Source: Marsupella aquatica (Eukaryota > Plantae > Marchantiophyta). Taken from it: a stretch of 64,000 nt of DNA. Position numbers and translations under genes: made by a program. The notes under the pieces were generated by a model. The model made no database searches and was not told the origin of the DNA. It saw nothing but the letters and a program-made list of their open reading frames with translations. Of the stretch, positions 23,201-34,500 are shown in pieces (the stretch's first letter is position 1; every line of letters begins with the position of its first letter). The stretch covers positions 6,810,470-6,874,469 of the forward strand of contig OZ316897.1 in NCBI GenBank assembly GCA_973895155.1, read 5' to 3'.

Positions 23201-23974
23201 GCATAGCTGCCTCAATTTCAATGAGAGATCCCTTGTCTCCTTTAAATATTGTACAGAGCACACAAGGATGATATTTTGGATTGTCCGGGTTTTCCTCTGT
23301 TACAAGCGTCCAGGAGTACAGCCTGTGATTTCCATCGAATACAGAGAACATCTTATCCTTCAAGACGAGAAAATCCGGGTCAGCCTCGCATTCAGCCTCA
23401 ACTTCTCGTTCTCCAATTGCCATATTGGATCCCATGAATCACGAATGTCCTGGGTACAGGTCAGAACAATTCCGTTCTCATCCGTTGGCTGCACATAGAA
23501 ACACATCCCTATCGAAGAGTTGTAACCCATACTACGAAAAGAGTCTTTCAGCTTCTCGATGGAAGAGCTGTTTTTCTGCAGAGTACGAACCACCTCCATG
23601 TGAACCAATCGACACAGAGGGATTCTAGGCGGCTCCTTGTCAAATCCACGAGAATCCTTTCCAAAAGACATGACATGTTTCGAAATGAGATCAGTCTCAG
23701 CAAGCGCGCAATCCGCAACATCCTGGATCGCAATTGTGTCTACGTTGTCCATCTTTCTTCGCAAAGGATTTGGACCCAAAACACCGCTGACAGAAGTGAG
23801 CGGCAACAACTTTGAGGAACGAGTTACACGACGTGTATAGACTGAACCAGTAAACAAAGACTGCGAAGATTCAGAATAAGCTCGCTCCTGGTCAGGAACC
23901 GCACTATACCCTCTGGAAGAAGAGGGGAATACCTCCATCGTCTTCCTTCTAGAAGCGTACGAACTATCGTACAA
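20263..23974 (-). pseudogene. Spliced cargo gene: ParB/Srx-like domain fused to a beta-class N6A/N4C DNA methyltransferase-like domain
   Basis: ParB-like part: IPLCRLV..VR....IEKLKDSFRSMGY...VFDGNHRL. MTase part: VDAGFIYLPTG, FLSDDGFLVILH, FMQSIIELVTRPRDIFMDWTAGAGSSYIA...G*FVLGIE...FIETA. Putative GT-AG introns at ~23187-23064 and ~21729-21540. One frameshift (~23400) and in-frame stops at 22763 and 20539. Confidence 0.8.
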
Positions 23975-25199
23975 TGAAATTATGGAACTATAATCATCTC
24001 TGAACGTGTAATATATTCTAGCGGGAGGATGACATAACCTAGAGGAAAGCCATTAGCTCTGATGTTTGGTAGTTTCCAACGTCTGTATACGGAAGGTTTA
24101 ATTACCCAAATCAAACGGTAGAAGATGCGTAACACACACGGAAGTCATAAGTTACCGTTGAATGTTACCGTTAAAGACATTTCCTAACATCATATCAATA
24201 CTAGCGCCGGGCGCTAGCATTAATGATGACCATCAAGGTGAACAATTTAGAGTATGCTTATAATAGCGCCCGACGCTAGTATAAACTGGAAGAAATTTAG
24301 AGGTCTTTTTTGAAGGAGCTATGACATAAATTTTGGCCTTTCCACCCCCATATTTTATTAAAGTATCATTCAGTACATCGTTTACGGAGAAATATTTCTC
24401 AAATGTACTAGCACCCGGCGCTAGTATAAATGTTCATTTATCATCCATAATCCATCAAAACCATCCTTTGAAGGCACCATTTATTCCCAATTACCACCTA
24501 GTATGTGGTCATAATGTTCATTTTCAGGGAATTTATTCTATACTAGCGTCGGGCGCTAGTTTGGAATGTCAAGATTTCAGACACATTTTTAGTGGCGTAT
24601 TTTAGTTAGCGCCAGGCGCTACTAAAATTTGACAATACCTTGTCATGTCTTATGGTCTGTTTAAGTAAGGTTGGTGATCTTTTTAGCAATATGTTCGTGT
24701 CTGACATCCGGACTTATCGGGGAAAAAATGACAAAAATCATTTATGGTGCCAATGGATCCTCCATCGTCTATGTTTTATGTCGTATACAAACGGATCGGT
24801 TAACGTCAAATTCCCAGGTTCGACAGATATAAGCTGAACAATACCATGAACTTTTCTTCTTTCAAACGCTATAGCCCTCGGTTTTTGTTTTTGTTCACCA
24901 TGTCTCGGTCTATCATTCTTTCTCGATTCGGTTCTGAAGATATTGTGACTATCCCCGTCCCCATGGAAGATACGTACAAGCAGGTCCGGGAGAGTTATCT
25001 CTGCGGGAGATTTGATTTGAAGATGAATGATATTGAGGCCATTGTTTGAGAGCTCGAATCCATTGATGATATCGAGGATGCTGCAACGTTCAATGTCGAT
25101 GACGGTGAACGGTTTTGGCATCTCTACGCAGGGATCTCATACTCGGTTTGTTTAAGACAGCATGGAGGACTGTCCAGTTTCCCGCCGGTTCCATGTGAT

Positions 25200-28100
25200 G
25201 TGGTTGAGATTTCTTCAAGTGAGGATGGAGATCGTACTCTAAGTCCACCGTCGAAGAAGAAAAGCCCGCTCCCTACTGTCGTGAAAGCTGAGACTCCGGG
25301 AAGCTCTAAGCAGTTGGAGGTCGTGTACCTGCGCAGTGCGATGGATACGTTACTCAAATCAACTGGTCATAGTGAGTTGTCACGGTTCATATCAGCGGGT
25401 GATTTCAGGCATGAACAAGTGTCCTGTTTGCCAACTAAGTACAATGGTAACATCGTGTTTGAGTTGCCGCCCATTGATAAGATGCTCTCTAAAGGCTCTA
25501 GGCTTAGGGACATGGATCGTGCCAAAGATTGTTACATTTGGACACGCATATTTCCAACAACTGCAATTGTTCATCCTAAAAACCTTTGGCAGTTTGGGAA
25601 GGTTACCTGTACAGGATTCATTGAATGCAGGAACAAGTCCTGCGACTATTTCCAAAGGAAGAAGAAGGCAAATGCTAAGGCATGGCAGGGTACTCCAAAG
25701 CTCAATGGTCAGTATGCTGTGGGATCTTTCATCGAAGAGGGAGGTGTTGTTTGTCATTACTGTGAACAGATTCCTTTTTGTGTGAAGTACTGCCCTGCCC
25801 GTTTGTTTTACATGTACCCCCAAGTATTACTTGATGCGGAAACATGTAGTCATATGTCCCGCCTGGCAATTCATATAGGTGAGCACAACCATCCAGGTAG
25901 AAAAACCTTCTATAGGAGTGTGGAGAAGATAGCTGAGGATCTAATTAAAAAAAAACATGAAGCCAATCCTCTGTCAAAACCGGCAGGGATCTTGAATTCT
26001 GCTACAGGGTCCTTAGTGAAATCTCTCTGCGAACATGTTGACGACATGGTCGATATCGAAAAAACTGAAATATGGAAGTCTCTGATGGTCCTTTCCACTC
26101 CGCAGAAGTTTGCATCTCTTTGTCAGAGCGTTAGGATAGACCAAAAAGGTCGGGGTGAATTAGATTTTCTCTCGCAAATGCAGAGGAGGATTCATGTGTC
26201 GTTTCTCCAGAGGTATTTGCTTCCAGGTCAGGGATGTCAGAACGATAGGCCTCACATCTTTAAAATGACCGTGAAAGGTCACGGTTCCAATGTGGATCTT
26301 TTGAGGCAGATGCAACCGGGTGGAAGACTCGAAGGAGCCTGGGTAAGTTTCGATGTGATGTAGCGTGTCACCACGGATTGGTTTACTTTCAGCGCACACG
26401 TCTACGACCACAATTTCCGTGCACTGTGTACAATTTTCACATGCAAGTTGAAAGGTGAAGACACTGAGTCTTTTGAAAAGGCATGGAGAGTGATGATTGA
26501 GGTTTGCAAAGAAAATGAACTTTAGGAGGTTGTCATCCAAGGATTTATGGCCGACAATGCACAAGCTGGATGGAATGCAGTGCGAAATGTTTTTTTTGGT
26601 GGACACCCGGACCCGGAGAGGGAGCGCTCTGATGCATTTCACTTTTATCAATCTTTTCATCGTCATTCCAAGGAAGGAGTACTGGAAGAATGTCAATCGG
26701 AGCATCGGAGACTTTGGGAGAAACTGAGAAATGCTCCATCATTTGTGGCAGCATATCGGGTGTCCCGAGAGATTGTTGTGTGATGGCAATCAGGAAACTG
26801 TGTCCCCGGAAAGCTGAAGATGCTGCAAAGCTGGATATCTTGGTGGGTTGTTCGCTGGCGCCAGTGGGGCAATTTTATTCGAGTGGTAAGGCATCCATCT
26901 ATCTAGACTGTAATGTTCATCAACTTCATATTAGCGCCAGGCGCTGGTTATTTTCTCCATACACGTCAAAACAAGTAGTACAAGAAATTGAAGCCAATAT
27001 GTAGTTAGAATTCAGTATTAAACATTGAAATTGTATTTCAGGCCTGTTCTACATATTTATGTTGCCAGCGTCGGGCGCTGGTAATAGAATACTACTTACG
27101 GTTGACATTTTCGTATGGCAGAGCAAAAGCGCTGAGGAAGGTGCCTTGATCCCCAACTGTACAGGGTCAGAATCAAGGCATGCGTCCATGAAAGCCTCGG
27201 CTACAAAGAAAAAGGTCGGTCTTCATGAAGCTTGCGAAGTTGACCAAAACCGTGCTCTGTCTCAAGTTGCCGGATACAGTGCATACCGTAAAGGCTTGAA
27301 CCGGGGGAAGGGGCCAACTATATGGGAATTAGCATTCCGTTCCGCCGATCAAGCAGGTTTGCCAAGATTGTTTGAAGAAGCGACTAATATGCTTCTATCT
27401 AACGCAACAGAATTTGATTTGGAAAGAAGTACTCCCCTGAATGGAGATATAATGACAAAGTCAATGAAGAGGAAGGGACATGCAACTGGGACTGTCTCTC
27501 CACAAGATTCCCATCGGCATGACATCGTTCTAATAACCACACCAAATACTCGTGGTTTGAAAAGGAAGAACCTGAACAGAACTGACTTTTCTTCTATTCC
27601 CTCAAGTTCTGATCATCCTGTCACAAAGGCGGTGAATCTCTCAGGTATGGTCACATCAGAGAGTGATACTGATTCACTGGACTATACTCCTCAAACAACC
27701 CGAACAACAAGATCCTCAAAACCTCCGCTCAGTGCCCCAGTAGCACTTCAGAATCAACTTCCACGCGCGATTGTGCTAGAGAAGGGTGTCCCTCTGGGGC
27801 AGTGGCAGTTGCGATGGATATCGAAGTATGGAGCAGGTCCGCAATGCAATGGTACCCTGAATGGGAGTTCGGATCGCGATGAGTGTCGAAATCGTATCAA
27901 GAAGGTTGGCTTCCATTCGTCTGAAGGTGTTGTCGGAATTGTCGTGAAGGGCCATCGTCTCTTCAGGGGCGAACCCATCTCCGAAATGATTTGGTTTTGC
28001 CCGAACCAAGCGTGTTACAAGAGTCATCCGCGTCATGGTATTCAGAAGCTTCCTCCTTTTCCTGACATTTTGCCTGTTCTGAAGGGTACGAGCCCGTCTC

Positions 28101-28651
28101 CTTATGAAATTACATTCCTGGAAGAGCAAGGACTTGTCTTAGAGCGAACAACAGGATTGAGTCGATCTGCGCCATCTGCTTTTGACCTCAGGATAAATGT
28201 TAACGTGTTCCCAGAAACAATAAGGTTTTTGGAGCCGAATCTCCGACTTGGTAGTCGGAATGGGAGGAACTCAAGGCCTCGGTCTAATCTCACTGTGGGT
28301 CACACGAAGCGAATGGAGTCTGCACGACAAGAAGTGATGAGTTTGGATGGGGAATGGAATGTTCAGACCGGAAATGCTTTTGGAAAGCAATTTCAAATTT
28401 GAACCCATGGGAACCATCGATCACCAAGCACATACTTCGTCCAAATCTGTATCTTCCCCGCTTGCTCTTGTGAAGACTTCTTCCTCCGACATTCGCGTGG
28501 CAAGTCGTACATGCCTTGCAAACATCTATACTGGGTGTACATAAATGTTTTCAAACTTGAGATTGAGGAGTCAACTCTTTGTAGCCAACCTATTTTGACT
28601 TTAGGCGAAGTCAGGCTTGTGCTGGAGAGGCAGAACTTGAATGGCTTATGA
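25200..28651 (+). pseudogene. MULE-type transposase with GCM/WRKY-like Zn domain, DDE core and SWIM finger
   Basis: CTGFIECRNKSC..CHYC..CPARL..HIGEHNHP; SFDVM / MADNAQA / AFHF / GSESRHAS; SWIM CSCEDF..PCKHLYW at ~28463-28535. Intron ~26886-27121. Several in-frame stops. Confidence 0.85.
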
Positions 28652-30947
28652 GAGAGATCAAAACTGCCCAATAGGTCATCGTTCAATATAACGGTTATTC
28701 CTATTTTGTCTTTTTCCAACGGATATTTTAGTTGTTTTATTGAGACTTTGTTGGTTAGCGTCGGGCGCTGGTTCTAGGAAACCGGATATTCATTGCTTCA
28801 TTATGTACGTGTATTGTGGAAGAATGACCTCTTGTTTTATTTAAAATATGTCAGTTGATTAAATTTTCTACTGTCTTCAAAGCCTCGAGGATGTGATTTG
28901 TCATTTGTTTGTGACGTTACAAGGTCCATTTAATCAACTCCTTTAGATTGGGTTGATTTGGACTCCACGATTGACATGTGCTATGGTGGGTCCCACTCTA
29001 AGGGTCACTATTTGGCGATGAAAATAGATTGATTTGCATGAATGTTTCTTTAGGCACACTCCTAATACCATGTTTTTTATCTTCTACAATAAATTGTTGT
29101 GTCAATGGAGGATTGATAGTACACTTCATCCATCGGATGGCACAAAATAATTGTTTGTTTTAAACTTTATTGCCCCTCGAAAAATTATGCCATTAGAGTG
29201 GTGGATATGCACCTTAGAGTGGTGGATATGCACGTTATGGTTCAGGCAAAACTGGTAACAGGGACAAGCTTACTGGTAATAGGTACAATTTCCCTGTTAA
29301 CAGAAAATAAACCCCTGGTAACAGGTTTTCTGTTTTCTATTTTCTGTCATGGCTATCATACCCCGTGTCATCCTCCCATGAGAGAAGATTATGGACTGGC
29401 TCTACTGTGGCTATCACCTCCACCTTACCCTGGCCGTTTTTCTTGGCTTTCTTGGGTGGCTTAGACATGACATTATTCATACCTTGGTTGCGAGTCATGA
29501 CTTTGGCACAAGTGCTTTGTGCTGGTGATCGAGAATTGGCTACACTCTTCTTCAAAGAATCTGCATCCATATGTGACACTTTTGATTGTGTAGCAGGATT
29601 TCCCTGCAACATCATCTCAGTATCTACCAACATTGTACTTGCTTCAATTGAAGCATCTACAATCTTACTTGAATCCAATGTTGCTCCCAAGTTTCGACGT
29701 CACTTCACCCTGCTCCCACTTGGTTGAGAGTCTGTCAACTTTGCATCAACTACAATTCAGTGTCATGTCCAACATAAGTCAATCACTCATCACATGTACT
29801 AAATGTACATGTCACCAAGCACAAAATTGTCACTATCTCCTTACCATTATGAACAACCTTCTTCCCCTTCTTTGCCATTGCCATATCCTCCATGTCTGCT
29901 TCTGCTGATCAATAAACACACCACAATATTCAGGTTGAATCTATTAACCACTGAATTGTTTCTCAACATTCATATAGAGGAATTTAAAGCATCAGCTTAC
30001 CTGATACCTCCTTGGCTATGGTCACTGAGGCACTGGGCACATCTTTTTCATTATTGCTCTTTGAATCACCTGATACATCAATCATGATGTCACTTCAGAT
30101 CCTAGTTGATCCAACCAGTTCTTACATAAAAGATTACCTCCAACCTGCTTAAGCTTCACAAACTCCATGCACTTTTCAAATGATTCATATTGGATCATAG
30201 CAGGTTACCTGTCTCAGCAACCTTCTTGCCCTTCTGCTTACTGATTCTAGGGTCCTTCTCTGCCTCCACTCTTCCTGCATTCAAACCATTCACTCAATTC
30301 ATGAAAACTTACTTCTAACATTTGAACATAGGACACAATGAACAATGGGCCGGTGTCATTTCCATACCTGTGTCAGATTTGCCAATTCCCTTTTTTGTTA
30401 ACAAGGGCACACTTTGTACAATGTTGCCCTCATTGTTTGGTTGGGAACCACCCAATTTTTCAATCACAAGCTTGAAATTAGATTCCACTGATGCAAGAAG
30501 GTTCGCTACAGATGCCTCCACAATATCCAAACAATCAGCCAATTTACTTTCCACTTGAGGGAGTCCACACTCTAATGACTTCAACCGTTCACACATCTCT
30601 GTGAGAGTTGTAACAGTTCCCTGTCCTAACACAGCTTACATATCTCAGATAACTATCCCCAAGAATTGGTTACTTACTTCCTACTACATTTCTTTCTGAT
30701 GCTCAAGGCCAAATAGTCACAGAACATACATAATTACAACATAATCACCTGTTTGGAAGTCACACTTGTTACCTCACTCCTTTGTTTCATGAACTCCTCT
30801 CTCACTTCTTGCGCTGAAGGTTCTTCACCTGTCAATTTCTTCTGTAGTCCACATCAACATACATATGAATGAAACCAAATGTTGATTGTTAATGAAAATG
30901 TAATAATGGTAGCAAGATGATAAGTTTGAGGCTTACTATCAGGCATG

Positions 30948-31504
30948 TCACTGCCTTACCAATTGTTCTTTCACTAGAGCATAACTTCCTCTCCCAGCCT
31001 GTGAAAGGTGTTTCACTTTGCCTCGAGCATTTGACATCAGTTCACTCTTGCTTTGTCCAGCCTCCGACATGAACCCTTTGATTAACCGTGTCCATTGATC
31101 CAGTTCCAATGATGGGGGTGGTGGCATTCTCCTATTAGAACCATTGTCTATCCACATCCTTTTCAACCTATGCCTCTCTTGTTTCAAAATCCTCATTGCA
31201 TAATCTGATATGCAATCTTCAACTGGGCCCTTACCATCATTACCAACATAGTCCCACCGTTCAAGAATGTCCTTGCAGATAGCAGCCCAATCAGCTTTGT
31301 TCTGATTCCTAAACTCTATAATGCTCAAATCTAACCAACGCAATACTTCTCCTCTTAGGTCAGAATGCCAACGGTTCTTACCATCACATGTGGGAGTTAT
31401 CCAACCATCGGAATTCACTTCTACTTTACCAAATTTGTTACTGTCTCCTGCCTTGGTACTCCCTGAAATGCTACTAGGTGCCCCTCCACGGCCTGGTGTC
31501 CCCC
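30948..31504 (-). pseudogene. CACTA-2 accessory exon; continues at 36141-36225 beyond the family-B LTR
   Basis: KNRWHSDLRGEVLRWLDLSIIEF is homologous to 16329..16850. PGRGG repeats flank both sides of the LTR. Confidence 0.7.
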
Positions 31505-34500
31505 TGTGATGTCGTGCCAGGATCACGAAGTACTTAGTTAAGCCTACAATAATGGCTAAATAAAGATTAGGTAGATATACTTAGGGAGTTATAAGGATCG
31601 AAGCCGATTGCAATATGTTTGGGGGACATTGTGATGGGATCTGATCCAACGGTCGTGATTAAGTGGGATTAGGGTTATGACCTAATCAGGGCTTGATCAG
31701 GTAAGCCATCAGGAGGCGGCTTCGTAGGGAGGGGACCGACACTCTGTACACTAGTGCAATTGCTTGTTTGATCAACCTAGGGAGGTGGAATCAGCTGCCG
31801 ATCGATCAAAGGAGGTGGTTTGGGAAATTGCGCAAGTTCTTGGCATTCGATGGAATGAACATGGTGAATCAGGCAGGGAAGTTTTGGGGCTGTTTTCTTG
31901 AAGAAACAAGGCAGCTGATACCTACGTATGAAGACGTTGAGCCAGAGCGCGCAGCCAGAGAATGAGCAGAGCTTGCGCGATTGTGGGGAATTCACAAATC
32001 GGCATTCGTAGATACGGAGGAGGTGTTGGAAAAGTTCTCGTGGACACCCACCAGTGCGGAGCTTGACGAATTGCTAATTCGGAAGAATAAGGTCATGGGG
32101 ATCAGGGAGGCAATCAAGAACGTCGGGCAACCACTTTGGGAATTGAAGGGTCACACTGCAAAGTGGACGAAGGCAGCTATTCTTGGGGAGTATTCAGGCG
32201 CTGAAGAGATGAAGCGCAAGGGAGTTTTGGCATCTGCAACTCCAGCAAAGCGAACTAGGTCGGAGAGACCAATCAAGATGGAATCCGGGCCAATTAGAGA
32301 TCGGGCTGTAGAAGATAAAAACATGACAGGGTGGGCGAATAGGTTACCTATCGATTTACAATTACAGTTTGCAAGAGATGCGGATGAGGTCTTCAGTGCC
32401 GTTCAGGATAACAAATATGCAGGATATATGAATGACATTGGGTTGGAGGGCTTTGTCATGTTGTCCTGGAGAATGATAGACATACCGGATGAGGATCTGT
32501 TGGACTTTGTGGGATGCTGGGAGGCTTCTTCCAACACAACGCTGCTGTATGGAAAGGTGTTCGAATTAACACCTGCGCTTATCGAAGCCGTGTTCGCTTT
32601 ACCAAGAGGAAGGAAGACAAAGGTGGAGCAGAGGAAGATGTTGCCGGATGACCAGTTCAGGTCATTTCCAGGGCCTTCCACTAAGAATGGGTTTTTCAGG
32701 AATCAATGTACCAACCCACATATAGGGCAGCTGATTGATTTCCTGAGAGTCACATTGCATTGTACCTTGCCGAGAGCAAAAATCGGCAAAGCCCAGGTAT
32801 TTTTGGTAGAGAATATCGATGCAAGCCGAGACTACAACGGCTATCTCTTAATGCAGTTGAAGAAGGCATTAAACAAAGAGAAGCAAAGCATTGGGGAGGG
32901 AGCGGTATCCAGACTAGGGTACCATCTGCAATTACTTTGCCGATATGCAAGAAGCCAGTCTTTTGCACCAGTGTTGCCTATTCAGGAGCGGATGCAGATC
33001 ACTGCACCACTTGAGGAGGTGGAGGAGGACAAGGAGCCTCTAAACATACGACGCCACGGGAGGAAGTCGGCAACACAGGCAACACAAGAACGGGAGCATT
33101 CCCCTATCAAGGAGCCAGAGGTAGTAACATATGATGTAGTGAGAAATCCGTTACGCCGGCCTACTCGCAATAATCCATATGCAGGCATCCAGTTGGTCGA
33201 GAGGAAGATGACTGCCAAAGAGAGAAAGAAATATGACGAGCAAATGGATTTGGAGACAGATGAGGAGGTAAGCCGAGGCCAGGAGAGGCTGGTAGTAAAA
33301 GCTTCTAACAGAGCCCAAGTGAACGGACCCGTGGAGGAAGGTCAACCAGCAGCAGCCCAACAATTTTCAGAGGAAGAGATCGGGGGCTTTGGAGGAGAGG
33401 CCGACATGTTAGGTAGTCAGGTTAATGTGGATGATTACAACGATGACTATGTCGATCACGGGGAGAGGCCGGTACCAGGAGTTAGAACGATGGGAAGGTT
33501 TTGTAGAAGACTTCCCGCAGTCTTCTATGGCAAACCGGAGGACCAGAAAATGCCAGAATCTCCTCCACCAGATGTGACGCTATTGGAATTTGACAAGATG
33601 AAGGAAGCTGAAGCCGGGCTACATGAGAAGATTAAGGAGTGGGGGGCCTGGAATGCAGAACATGAATGCCAGCTACCAGGAGGAGAGTGGCTGGAAGGAA
33701 TAAGACGGCTTAGTGAGAGGCAAGCCGAACCTCTCACTGACTTTGACCAATTACGGGCAGAAGCTTGGGAGAGACGACCTCAATGGCACATGCCAGTATC
33801 ACCTGGGAGGTCAAACTATGCAAGAAATTGGGCTAAGGAGTATGGAGACATGTGTGGACTCTTAGCCTTAGAAATCTTCGGCAACGAGTTGGAATCCGGG
33901 CCATTTCTTAGAAAAGAAATGGCTGATCAGACGAGACTGGAGGAGGCAATGACATTGGAGCGATTGAAGAAGGAGGAAGTAATCGCTCGGCTTCGCTCCA
34001 TGGAGGCCAAAGTTGCTAAGACGAAGTCTGGTCAACCAACTCAGCAGGATCTCTTGGCTAGGTAGCAGGAATTGGAAGTGGCAAACAACCAATTGGAAAA
34101 CTACCAATTGGATAACCAGCAGATCAAGGAAAAGTTGACAAAGATAGAGATGGAGTTAGCCGATTCAAAAGTAGAAGTATAGGGTTTAAATTGCCAAGTT
34201 GAGAGGCTCAGAAAGACGGCTAAGGAGCAGGCCACCCAGAGCGAAAAGGCCTTGGCAGAAGCCCAAAGGAAGTATGATAAGTTACTCGACCGGTTGGAGG
34301 CCATGCGTGAGAAGCATGATGACGCCATGTGCACGGCGGCCAATGATCACCTAAACCGGGTTCAACAGATACGCAAGGAGCTTCAGGAGGAGCTAACCAG
34401 GACAAAGCAGGCATGGACGAACGAGGTCACAAAATTGGAAGGTATCAACGACTCCTTGAAAGCAACCGTAGATAAGCAAGAGTTGGAGATCGTGCAGATC

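Larger units (their letters stand above)
18341..28770. repeat. Dispersed 15-bp palindrome YAGCGCC-N-GGCGCTR, about 16 copies
   Basis: Copies start at 18341, 18464, 18566, 19693 (weak), 19799, 21596, 21689, 23118, 24202, 24264, 24409, 24544, 24607, 26932, 27066 and 28756. Confidence 0.93.
17904..29363 (+). mobile_element. 11.46-kb Mutator-like (MULE-type DDE) DNA transposon with cargo genes
   Basis: TSD CGTGTCAT at 17896-17903 and 29364-29371; imperfect G-rich terminal repeats with GACAG..AACAG motifs; transposase present; the host ORF is restored on excision. Confidence 0.92.

Noticed and set aside
20263-23974. Bacterial contamination as the source of the ParB/MTase
   Set aside because: The gene has spliceosomal-type introns and lies within a TSD-flanked element that interrupts a plant CACTA exon.
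18341-28770. Palindromes as a CRISPR array or REP elements
   Set aside because: Spacing is irregular, the unit is 15 bp, there are no cas genes, and the context is eukaryotic with introns.
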